Below are positions 7,353-15,491 of a stretch of 64,000 nucleotides of DNA, one piece after another. Source of the DNA: Ferrimonas sp. (GTDB lineage Bacteria; Pseudomonadota; Gammaproteobacteria; Enterobacterales; Shewanellaceae). The stretch covers positions 7,223 through 71,222 of the forward strand of contig NZ_JBLXDO010000017.1 in NCBI RefSeq assembly GCF_048263965.1. The letters run 5' to 3'. The notes beneath the pieces are model-generated. The model had not been told where the DNA came from. It searched no databases and worked only from the letters and a program-made list of their open reading frames with translations. Position numbers and translations under genes: made by a program. Position 1 is the stretch's first letter, and every line of letters starts with the position of its first letter.

Positions 7353-8864
7353 TTACAGCTGGTCCTCGATAGGCAGCCACTGCAGAAACCAGGCGCCGAA
7401 TCGTCGCCAGAATCCCGCATCCGGTTCACTCTCGAGGATGGCCCCCGTTTCCATGTCATGCCATCTGAGCTCGCCCTGCTCCAGTGACAGCTTATAGGCG
7501 ACCTGTCCCAGCGCCTCTCCCAGCCCGTCGTTAACCGCCCCGGCCAGTTCGTCCGAGTGGATAAACACCCCCATCTCGGTGTTGATCTGGGCGGAGCGGG
7601 GATCGAGGTTAAAGGAGCCGACAAACAGGATGTTGCCATCAAACACCATGGTCTTGGCATGCAGGCTGGCTTGAGAGGAGGCGTTCCAGGCACCGGGTTC
7701 CAGGCCTGGCAAGCGCTTGGTTTCCCACAGCTCCACCCCAGCTTCCAGCATCGCCTTACGATACCCCTTATAACCGGAGTGCACCGCGACCACATCGGTG
7801 GCGGCCAGGGAGTTGGTGAGCACCCGGACCCTGACGCCCTGGCTGACCAGTCGGGCCAGACCTTTGACCCCTTCTTCACCGGGGACAAAGTAGGGGGAGA
7901 CCAACAGCAGGTCGTGCTCGGTGGCTTCGAAGTAGCGGGCCAGGGCATCCACCATCAGGGTGGGGATCTGCTCCTGAACTGCAGCCTTCTCCGGAGCGTC
8001 GGCCACCACATGGATCTCTGCCCAGTAGAGGGGCAGAGTCTCATCGGTCAGATGACGCACCAGAGGCGTATCACGCAAGGAGTCAATATAGGCCTGCTGC
8101 CTGGCCTGGTCCCGCTCAATCACTTCGGCAAACTCCCGGGTGATCTGTTCGGTGGAGATCTTCTCCTGCTCAGGAATCAGGTGCTCCACCCCGATGGCGT
8201 AGTCGCTGTTCCAGTAGAGGTCGAACTGGGTGGCGGTCTCGTTGACCGCCGGCCCCAGCAGCATCACGTCGAAATCCCCAAAGCTGACCTGCTGATTGGC
8301 AGCAAAGTACTCATCGCCGATGTTGCGGCCGCCGGTGACGGCCAGGGTGCTGTCTACCACCATGGACTTGTTGTGCATGCGCCGGTTGGTCCGGTCGAAA
8401 CTGCCCAACATCTCCAGTGAGCGCCACCGCCTGTTGGTAAAGGGGTTGAACAGGCGAACCTGAATGTTGGGGTGCTGGTTGAGGCGGGAGAGGGCGTCAT
8501 CCTTGCCACTTTGCATGTCATCCAGCAGCAGCCTCACACGGACGCCGCGCTCCGCCGCCTGCCACAGGCTCCAGAGCAGGGCCCGACCCGTATCATCGCC
8601 TCGATAGATGTAGGTTTGCAGGTCGATACTGCTGACCGCCTGGTTGGCCGCCAGCACCCGGATGATCAGGGCTTCACGGCCATCTGAGATGGGATAAACG
8701 CCGCTGAGTCCTGGTTGTTCATTCACCAAGGGGGCAAAGGTTTGATGCAGGGGGCTGTGGTCCGGTGCCGGCAGGCTGTGACTGGATTGCTGTTCCACCT
8801 GTGGGAGCGAGGTGGCACACCCGCCCAGGAGCAGGCATAAGAGCAACAACGGGGACTTGAGCAT
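7353..8864 (-). CDS. Phospholipase D family protein, cardiolipin synthase ClsC/YmdC-like, with lipoprotein signal
   Basis: Two HKD motifs (HNKSMVVD, HAKTMVFD); lipobox LLGGC; GGRNIGDEYF. Confidence 0.88.
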   Translation of the reverse strand: MLKSPLLLLCLLLGGCATSLPQVEQQSSHSLPAPDHSPLHQTFAPLVNEQPGLSGVYPISDGREALIIRVLAANQAVSSIDLQTYIYRGDDTGRALLWSLWQAAERGVRVRLLLDDMQSGKDDALSRLNQHPNIQVRLFNPFTNRRWRSLEMLGSFDRTNRRMHNKSMVVDSTLAVTGGRNIGDEYFAANQQVSFGDFDVMLLGPAVNETATQFDLYWNSDYAIGVEHLIPEQEKISTEQITREFAEVIERDQARQQAYIDSLRDTPLVRHLTDETLPLYWAEIHVVADAPEKAAVQEQIPTLMVDALARYFEATEHDLLLVSPYFVPGEEGVKGLARLVSQGVRVRVLTNSLAATDVVAVHSGYKGYRKAMLEAGVELWETKRLPGLEPGAWNASSQASLHAKTMVFDGNILFVGSFNLDPRSAQINTEMGVFIHSDELAGAVNDGLGEALGQVAYKLSLEQGELRWHDMETGAILESEPDAGFWRRFGAWFLQWLPIEDQL

Positions 8865-8926
8865 GATGCAGGCTCCCAATTGGAATGAACTCTAAGCCTA
8901 GCAATGGGTTAGCCTGAGTAACAAGC

Positions 8927-8950
8927 AAAAAAATGCGGCCGGGAGGCCGC
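8927..8950 (-). terminator. Intrinsic terminator with no annotated gene upstream
   Basis: On the - strand GCGGCC-TCCC-GGCCGC, then A and a 7-T run. Confidence 0.75.
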
Positions 8951-9345
8951 CAAGACGGTTATCGTGAACAACAGAACATCACCCGCTTATACGCTTGGGC
9001 CTGATTAAGAGATCATCGTTTCTTACTCAACCTGCGTGTTCCCGCCCTCAAAGGCAAACCTTTTGCGACGAGCGTTTGGTTTTGGCGATGCCGCTGAAAG
9101 ATGGAGGAGCAATCCCCGGTCTGTAAAAGGTGTCCCACCTTAGCGTTGTCACTCCTTTCCCCCTTTCGAAAGTCGTACCCAGCCAATTGCTGGAGCCAAT
9201 AACATCTCATTCAGTGGCATTTTTGATGCCGGAGCATCCTGGCCTTGTCCGCAGGGCTGGTCGATCCGTTCTCTCGCGGGGACACGCCCCTGTGAGAGCC
9301 TGACGCGACCGCCACTCCGTTGCCCGAGGTGGGTTTGGATTTTCT
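8927..9345 (-). ncRNA. Candidate structured ~420-nt sRNA; 5' end uncertain
   Basis: Orphan terminator; several short hairpins on the - strand (CTCTC..GGGG/CCCC..GAGAG, GGCAT/ATGCC, CCAGC/GCTGG, CTTTCGAAAG, AAGGTG/CACCTT); GU-rich GTGATGTTCTGTTGTT near the 3' end. Confidence 0.4.
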
Positions 9346-9472
9346 CTTTAGACTCAAATTGTTCTAACTTGCTTATTCATCAAATTGGGCTCAAAGTGGG
9401 AATTAATCCTCTGGTGAATTAATGCCTGAGGCCTAGACTGACGTCATTCACAGATTATGGAGTGACCCACAG

Positions 9473-10423
9473 ATGAGAGCCCTGTTCTCCCTCTTTCTTT
9501 CTCTTCCTCTGCTCGCCGCTTGCAGTGGTGACGGAACCTCAAAGGCACTGGGCACCCTGGAGCGGGATCGGGTGATACTTACCGCCACCGCCAATCAGAT
9601 TGTGCGCAGCACGCCCATCGCCGAAGGCAGCCCGGTGCACCAGGGGGATATCCTGGTGGTATTGGATGACACTCAGCAGAAGGCGATCGTGGCCCGAACC
9701 CGAGCAGAGGTGGCCAAAGCCAACGCCTACCTGCTCAGGCTGACCAATGGTGAGCGCCCCGAGGATATCGCCGCCGCCCAGGCCAATCTGCACCGGGTGG
9801 AAGCCACCCTAGTGGAGGCCCAGGCCAACTATCAGCGTGCCGTCACCCTGGTGGACAGAAAGCTGGCCAGCCAGGCTGAACTGGACAGTGCCCTGGCCAA
9901 CCGGGATGCGGTCATCGCCGAGCGAGAGTCGGCCAGAGAGCAACTGGCCAAGCTGACTCGGGGCAGCCGGGTCGAAGACATCACCCAGGCTCAGGCTTCA
10001 CTGGAGGCGGCCCAGGCGGAACAGGCATTGCAGGAGCAGATCCTGAGTGATCTGACCGTGGTGGCCACCCGGGATGGGATCTTGGACAGCCTGCCCTACA
10101 ACGTCGGCGAGCGGGTGCCCATGAGCGGCATTGTCGCCGCCATTCAGGCGGAGATGGCCCCCTTTGCCCGGGTCTATGTGCCTGAGCCCTACCGGGTTGC
10201 CATGAAGCCTGGGATGACCCTGACCGTGCATGTGGATGGGGTGGAATCCTCCTTTGAAGGCAAGTTGCGTTGGATCGCCACCGAGCCCTCCTTTACCCCC
10301 TATTACGCCCTGAACGAGCAGGACAGGGCTCGCCTGGTCTATCTGGCCGAGGTGTTGCTGCCTGAGTCTGCCATGACACTGCCCTCCGGCGTGCCCGCCC
10401 AGGTGGAGATGCCCCATGAGTAA
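9473..10423 (+). CDS. HlyD-family membrane fusion protein (YbhG-like), lipoprotein signal
   Basis: LLAAC lipobox, biotinyl-like GSPVHQGD segment, coiled-coil hairpin. Confidence 0.9.
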   Translation: MRALFSLFLSLPLLAACSGDGTSKALGTLERDRVILTATANQIVRSTPIAEGSPVHQGDILVVLDDTQQKAIVARTRAEVAKANAYLLRLTNGERPEDIAAAQANLHRVEATLVEAQANYQRAVTLVDRKLASQAELDSALANRDAVIAERESAREQLAKLTRGSRVEDITQAQASLEAAQAEQALQEQILSDLTVVATRDGILDSLPYNVGERVPMSGIVAAIQAEMAPFARVYVPEPYRVAMKPGMTLTVHVDGVESSFEGKLRWIATEPSFTPYYALNEQDRARLVYLAEVLLPESAMTLPSGVPAQVEMPHE

Positions 10424-11342
10424 CTACGCCATTGAAGCCAGCGGCCTGGTGAGGCGGTTTGGTGACTTTAAGGCGGTGGATGGGCTCAACCTCAAGGTGC
10501 CCAAGGGCAGCATCTTCGGTTTTCTTGGACCAAACGGCTGCGGCAAATCCACCACCATTCGCATGTTGACCGGGCTGTTGCAGCCCAGCGAGGGCAGTGT
10601 GTCCGTGCTTGGGCTGGAGATACCCCGCCAGGCAGAGGACCTGCGTCTGCGCATCGGCTACATGACTCAGAAGTTCTCCCTCTACGATGATCTGACGGTG
10701 AAGGAAAACCTGGAATTTATTGGCCAGATTTATGGCATGGGGCGGGCTCAGCTTCAACAGAGGATAGAGGATCAGCTGAAGACCTATGGCCTGACCCGGT
10801 TGATTGATCAGAGGGCTGGCGGCATGAGCGGCGGCCAGAAACAGCGCCTGGGGCTGGCGGCGGCCACCATGCATAAGCCGGATCTGCTGTTTTTGGATGA
10901 GCCGACCTCGGCGGTGGACCCGGAGAACCGCAGGGAGTTCTGGGAGCAGCTGTTCGATCTCTCTGACGCAGGTACCACCATACTGGTGACCACCCACTAT
11001 ATGGATGAAGCAGAACGCTGCCATGCTCTGGCGATCATGGAAGCGGGTGTGGTCCGTGCCGACGGTGCCCCGGAAACTCTGATGCAGCAGATGGGGGTGA
11101 CTGTGGTGGAGGTGGAAGCGCCGGATCTGCGTCGGCTCAAGGAGAAGCTGTTGCCTCTGGATGAGATCCGCTCCGCCGCTCAATTGGGCATTCGCCTGAG
11201 GGTGCTGGTGGACCGCTCCGTCCCTGAGCCTATAAGCTGGCTGCGCCAGCAGTTCCCCGAACTGACCGGGGCCGAGCTGACTCTGGCCAGGCCCAGCCTG
11301 GAAGATGTGTTTGTCACCTGCACCGGGGAGGGACGCCAGTGA
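10416..11342 (+). CDS. ABC transporter ATP-binding protein (YbhF-like)
   Basis: Walker A GPNGCGKST, signature MSGGQKQR, Walker B LFLDEP. Confidence 0.95.
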   Translation: MSNYAIEASGLVRRFGDFKAVDGLNLKVPKGSIFGFLGPNGCGKSTTIRMLTGLLQPSEGSVSVLGLEIPRQAEDLRLRIGYMTQKFSLYDDLTVKENLEFIGQIYGMGRAQLQQRIEDQLKTYGLTRLIDQRAGGMSGGQKQRLGLAAATMHKPDLLFLDEPTSAVDPENRREFWEQLFDLSDAGTTILVTTHYMDEAERCHALAIMEAGVVRADGAPETLMQQMGVTVVEVEAPDLRRLKEKLLPLDEIRSAAQLGIRLRVLVDRSVPEPISWLRQQFPELTGAELTLARPSLEDVFVTCTGEGRQ

Positions 11343-12433
11343 ACAGTGTTAATCGTATTCTGGCCATCGTCTTCAAGGAGTTGCGCCAACTCTCCCGGGA
11401 CCGCATTACCTTTGGCATGGTGGTGATGATCCCGCTGATTCAGCTGCTGCTGTTTGGCTTTGCCATCAACACCGATGTGCGCAATATCCCCGTGGCCGTG
11501 GTGGACCAGAGTCAGGCAACCCTGGGGCGGGTGGTGACCGAGTCGGTGAAGGCCACCCAGGTGGTGGAAGTGACTGAGAAGCTGGCCACTGTGGTGGAGG
11601 CGGAACAGGCAATCGCCGCAGGCCGGGTCCGGGCTGCCCTGGTGCTGCCCTATGACCTGACCCAGAGGGCGGCTCAGGGGCGTACCCTGGGTCAGTGGCT
11701 GGTGGATGGGTCCGACACCATGATCAGCTCTGCTTTGTTGCAGTTGCAGACCATGCCTCTGAGCGACTTGATTGTCTCCAAGCCCAAGCCACCCAATACC
11801 TTTGAGGTGGCGCTGTTCTACAATCCATCACGGCGGTCGGCGGTGAATATTGTCCCCGGGCTGCTGGGGGTGATCCTGACCATGACCATGATCCTCTTTA
11901 CCTCGGCGGCCATCGTCCGCGAGCGGGAACGGGGCAACCTTGAGCTGCTGATCACCACTCCGGTGCACTCTCTGGAGCTGATGGTCGCCAAGATCATCCC
12001 CTATATCTTTATCGGCCTGCTGCAGGTGGCGATCATCCTGGGGCTGGGGGTGTCGGTGTTTGGGGTGCCCATCAACGGTGACCTGTCTCAGCTGCTGTTT
12101 GCCACCCTGCTGTTTATCTCTGCCAGTTTGACCCTGGGGCTGGTGATCTCCACCATCGCCACCAGTCAGTTGCAGGCGATGCAGATGACGGTGTTTGTGC
12201 TGCTGCCCTCCATCCTGCTGTCGGGGTTCATGTTTCCCTACGAAGCGATGCCAAATGCGGCCCAGTGGATAGCCGAGGTGTTGCCGGCGACCCACTTTAT
12301 GCGACTGATTCGCGGAGTGGTACTGCGAGGCTCGGATCTGGGGGCCATGTGGCCGGACTCCCTGTGGCTGGCGGGCTTTACCGTGCTGGGGCTGATGGTG
12401 GCGTCCCTAAGGTTCAAGAAGAGCCTGGATTAG
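11339..12433 (+). CDS. ABC-2 type exporter permease (YbhR/YbhS-like)
   Basis: GTGA overlap with the ATPase stop; IVRERERGNLELL; SGFMFP; six TM segments. Confidence 0.93.
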   Translation: MNSVNRILAIVFKELRQLSRDRITFGMVVMIPLIQLLLFGFAINTDVRNIPVAVVDQSQATLGRVVTESVKATQVVEVTEKLATVVEAEQAIAAGRVRAALVLPYDLTQRAAQGRTLGQWLVDGSDTMISSALLQLQTMPLSDLIVSKPKPPNTFEVALFYNPSRRSAVNIVPGLLGVILTMTMILFTSAAIVRERERGNLELLITTPVHSLELMVAKIIPYIFIGLLQVAIILGLGVSVFGVPINGDLSQLLFATLLFISASLTLGLVISTIATSQLQAMQMTVFVLLPSILLSGFMFPYEAMPNAAQWIAEVLPATHFMRLIRGVVLRGSDLGAMWPDSLWLAGFTVLGLMVASLRFKKSLD

Positions 12434-12447
12434 GCGGTTCTTAAGCG

Positions 12448-12476
12448 CAGGCCCCGCAATGCGGGGCCTGATTTTC
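12448..12476. terminator. Hairpin terminator between convergent genes
   Basis: CAGGCCCCGC-AAT-GCGGGGCCTG-ATTTT. Confidence 0.75.
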
Positions 12477-13199
12477 TTAGGAGGTTTCGCTCATCCCCTC
12501 GGTGATGCAGCGGCTCCAGGGCAGGGCCACCTCATCCAGGGATGTGGGTTTGGGGATCCGGTCAAAGGGGATCCCCAGAGGGTTGGCCAGCAGACGACAG
12601 GCAAGCATCCAGTGCTGAACCCGGGCTTCATTCAGGTCGGTGTCATAGACGTCCATCAGCAGCGGCGCCAGAGTGGCGGGGGCATCGCTGAACATGCAGA
12701 TCAGCCACTTCATCTCCTTGACGTGCATTCCCTGAAGGTAGCCCTGGGCCTGCACCGCCCTCAGCTCCGAGTCCATCAGGTGCTCAATGTCGGCGGGAGC
12801 ATCCTGGAAGTAGTTGAACAGCATCTCGTTGTCCCGGACGGCGTCCACCATCAGCCGCATGGGGCGAGGGTCCTGGAGCTGGGTCGCCAGGAAACGGGAG
12901 ATCAGATGGAAGTAGCGCTCATTGGCGGGGACCTTGGGGTCCAGTTCGGCCAGGATGGTTTTGACCTGCAGGGTGACGTCCTCCAGGACCAGATCGCAAA
13001 TTTGCTCCCAGATCTGCTGCTTGCTGCCGAAATGATGGCGGATCAGGCCATGGGAGACGCCGGCCTTGTCGGCAAGCTCCCGCACTGAGACCCGATCAAA
13101 CCCTTTGTCCACAAAGAGCTCGGCGGCGGCGCATAGGATGACCTTTCGGGTCTGCTGTGCCGAGGTCGCACTCTGTCTTCCGGATCGTTTTGCTGTCAT
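12477..13199 (-). CDS. TetR/AcrR family regulator, divergent from the RND operon
   Basis: HTH GFDRVSVRELADKAGVSHGLIRHHFGSKQQIW. Confidence 0.92.
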   Translation of the reverse strand: MTAKRSGRQSATSAQQTRKVILCAAAELFVDKGFDRVSVRELADKAGVSHGLIRHHFGSKQQIWEQICDLVLEDVTLQVKTILAELDPKVPANERYFHLISRFLATQLQDPRPMRLMVDAVRDNEMLFNYFQDAPADIEHLMDSELRAVQAQGYLQGMHVKEMKWLICMFSDAPATLAPLLMDVYDTDLNEARVQHWMLACRLLANPLGIPFDRIPKPTSLDEVALPWSRCITEGMSETS

Positions 13200-13263
13200 T
13201 GGTCCTCACTCATTAACCACGCCTAAATACGGGCGTTAGCGCAACTTTATTTGCTACACAGGT

Positions 13264-13317
13264 GGATAGCAAGCTTGCTATCCGTACGTGTAGTATATAG
13301 GCTATACGCTCGTATAG
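13264..13317. promoter_or_regulatory. Two palindromes, candidate TetR operators
   Basis: Perfect 20-bp GGATAGCAAG-CTTGCTATCC (13264-13283) and CTATAC-GCTC-GTATAG (13302-13317) in the divergent promoter. Confidence 0.55.
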
Positions 13318-13352
13318 TAAATCCACTCTTATCAGCGTATGCGTGGTTCACC

Positions 13353-14420
13353 ATGTTAAATACTGCAGTTACTTCGACAATTTTCTCTCGTTCGAAGCAA
13401 ATCCTGTTGATGACCATTGTAATGGCATGGAGTGCCGTTGCCCAATCCCAGACGGAGCTGGAGTCGGCACAGCCGGTCAAGGCGATGGTTGTGGGCAACC
13501 AGCAGCAGGTTACTCCCTTTGCGGCGGAGGTCTCCGCCACTCAGCATGCCGCCATGGCGTTTCGCATCTCAGGCGAGCTGCGTGGCCTCTACGTGCGCAT
13601 GGGCCAGTTTGTTCGCCAGGGCCAACTGCTGGCGGAGCTGGACCCCACGGACTATGAGTTGGCGGTACAGGCCAGACAGGCGGAGCTGGATTTGGCAGCC
13701 ATCCGCTCGGAGCGTGATGCCAAATTGTTTGAACGTAAGCTGATCAGTGAGGACCAGTTCGATCGCTCCAAGACCGACCTTCAGGTGGCCAGGGCCCGTC
13801 TGGCCCAGGCTCAGACCGACCTTAACGACACTCGGCTGCGGGCGCCATTCGATGGCTATGTGGCCCTGACCCACGCCCGTGCCGGTGAGGTGATGGCGGC
13901 CAATCAGATGATGATGCAGCTGGAGAATAACGATCAGGTGGACATCAGCTTTAATCTGCCGGTGCAGTATGGCGCCGAGATGCTGGAGGCGGGCACCCTG
14001 GCTGCCGCCGTCAGTTTCACCGGCCGCCCGGGTCGTTACCTGGGCGCCAAGGTGAAGGAGTTTGCCTCCCAGCCCGACCCGGACACCAACAGCTACCGGG
14101 TGACCCTCTCCCTTCCCCGTCCTCCCAAGGTCAATGCCCTGACCGGCATGAATGCCTGGGTGGAGCTGAGCACCCTCAATCAGCAGATGCAGCCTGTCTC
14201 TCTGCCCAAGGGTGCCGTGGTCAAGTACAAGGGGGACAACCCGGTGGTGTGGCGCATCGAGCCGGAGACCCACAGGCTCTCAGAAGTGGAGGTGACCCTG
14301 GACGAGGAGGGCCTGGTGGTGTCCGGTCTGAATCGGGGCGATCGCATAGTGGCCGCCGGTGCCAGCCGCCTGGTCAATGGTCAGAAGGTGCGCGTCTGGG
14401 AGCGGGAGCGAGGAATCTAA
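13353..14420 (+). CDS. RND efflux membrane fusion protein 1
   Basis: AFRISGEL, VRQGQLLAELD, LRAPFDG; start uncertain (13353 or 13410). Confidence 0.88.
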   Translation: MLNTAVTSTIFSRSKQILLMTIVMAWSAVAQSQTELESAQPVKAMVVGNQQQVTPFAAEVSATQHAAMAFRISGELRGLYVRMGQFVRQGQLLAELDPTDYELAVQARQAELDLAAIRSERDAKLFERKLISEDQFDRSKTDLQVARARLAQAQTDLNDTRLRAPFDGYVALTHARAGEVMAANQMMMQLENNDQVDISFNLPVQYGAEMLEAGTLAAAVSFTGRPGRYLGAKVKEFASQPDPDTNSYRVTLSLPRPPKVNALTGMNAWVELSTLNQQMQPVSLPKGAVVKYKGDNPVVWRIEPETHRLSEVEVTLDEEGLVVSGLNRGDRIVAAGASRLVNGQKVRVWERERGI

Positions 14421-14421
14421 G

Positions 14422-15483
14422 ATGAAGAGTTTTAAGAGATTGGCGCTGACCTCTGCGCTGCTGGCCCTGATGTCCGGCTGTTCCCAGGACACCAAGATTG
14501 AACCTGCGGCGGCCCAGAGGGTAGAGGCCCAACTGCTGACTGCACCGGAGCAGGTGTCCGAACGCCTGTTCAACGGTCAGGTCTCCGTGGCGGAGATGAC
14601 CCGCATGGCGTTCCGCATCGAGGGCAAGCTGGAGAGCCTCAATGTCCTGCCGGGTCAGACGGTGAAAAAGGGCCAGATCCTGGCCAGGCTGGATGACGAC
14701 ATTCCTCAGCAGCAGTGGCAGGACGCCAAGGCGCAGAAGGAGTTGCTGCAGCGCCAATGGCAGCGCTCCTCCGTGCTGCTGGATAAGGGGCTGGTGGCCC
14801 AGGCCGAGTTCGACGAATTGACGGCTCAGCTGAGACTGGCCAAGGTCAACCTCAAATCCGCCGAAGCGATGCTCACCTACACCGAATTGCGTGCGCCTTT
14901 CGATGGGGTGGTGGACGCCCTGGATAAGCAGGCCTATGAGACCGCCTCCCCCGGTGAAACCGTGATGACCCTGTATCGCAGTGACCGCACCGACGTTGAG
15001 GTGGATATCCCGGACACCCTGCTTAGTCACGCGGTGAACTTCATCCCCAATGAAGATTATCAGCCCAGAGTGACCGTCCTGGGTCAACAGGGTGAGCTGG
15101 AGATGACCTACCTGGAGCACTCCCTGAAGCTGGATGAACAGCGCGGCAGCTACATCGCCCGTCTGGCGGCCTTCGGTTCGGACCTGGGGTTGTTGCCCGG
15201 CCAGGCGGTGGAGGTGCACCTGGACCTGCGTCAGGCCGGACTGCCCGCCACCAGCGGCTACCGACTGCCCATCACCGCCTTGCAGGCCAGGGGCAGTGAG
15301 CCTGGCTTCCAGGTGTGGCTACTCCAGGGAGACAGTGTGCAACCTGTGCCGGTCGAAGTGGTGCAGATGGGGCTGGAGGGCGCCCTGGTTGTGGGCGGCA
15401 TCGCCAGCGGTGACCGGGTGGTCACCACCGGATTGTCTCGACTGAGACCCAACAAGCGCGTGGTAGTGGTCGAGAAGGACTGA
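14422..15483 (+). CDS. RND efflux membrane fusion protein 2 (lipoprotein)
   Basis: MKSFKRLALTSALLALMSGC lipobox; AFRIEGKL, LRAPFDG. Confidence 0.9.
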   Translation: MKSFKRLALTSALLALMSGCSQDTKIEPAAAQRVEAQLLTAPEQVSERLFNGQVSVAEMTRMAFRIEGKLESLNVLPGQTVKKGQILARLDDDIPQQQWQDAKAQKELLQRQWQRSSVLLDKGLVAQAEFDELTAQLRLAKVNLKSAEAMLTYTELRAPFDGVVDALDKQAYETASPGETVMTLYRSDRTDVEVDIPDTLLSHAVNFIPNEDYQPRVTVLGQQGELEMTYLEHSLKLDEQRGSYIARLAAFGSDLGLLPGQAVEVHLDLRQAGLPATSGYRLPITALQARGSEPGFQVWLLQGDSVQPVPVEVVQMGLEGALVVGGIASGDRVVTTGLSRLRPNKRVVVVEKD

Positions 15484-15491
15484 AACAGATA

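Noticed and set aside
9013-9210. 65-aa ORF as a confident CDS
   Set aside because: No Shine-Dalgarno sequence and no recognisable domain; kept only as a possibility within the RNA finding.
8927-9345. CsrB/RsmZ-type RNA, or GcvB itself
   Set aside because: I count only about 9 GGA in about 420 nt, near chance; no gcvA neighbour, and length and layout differ from GcvB.
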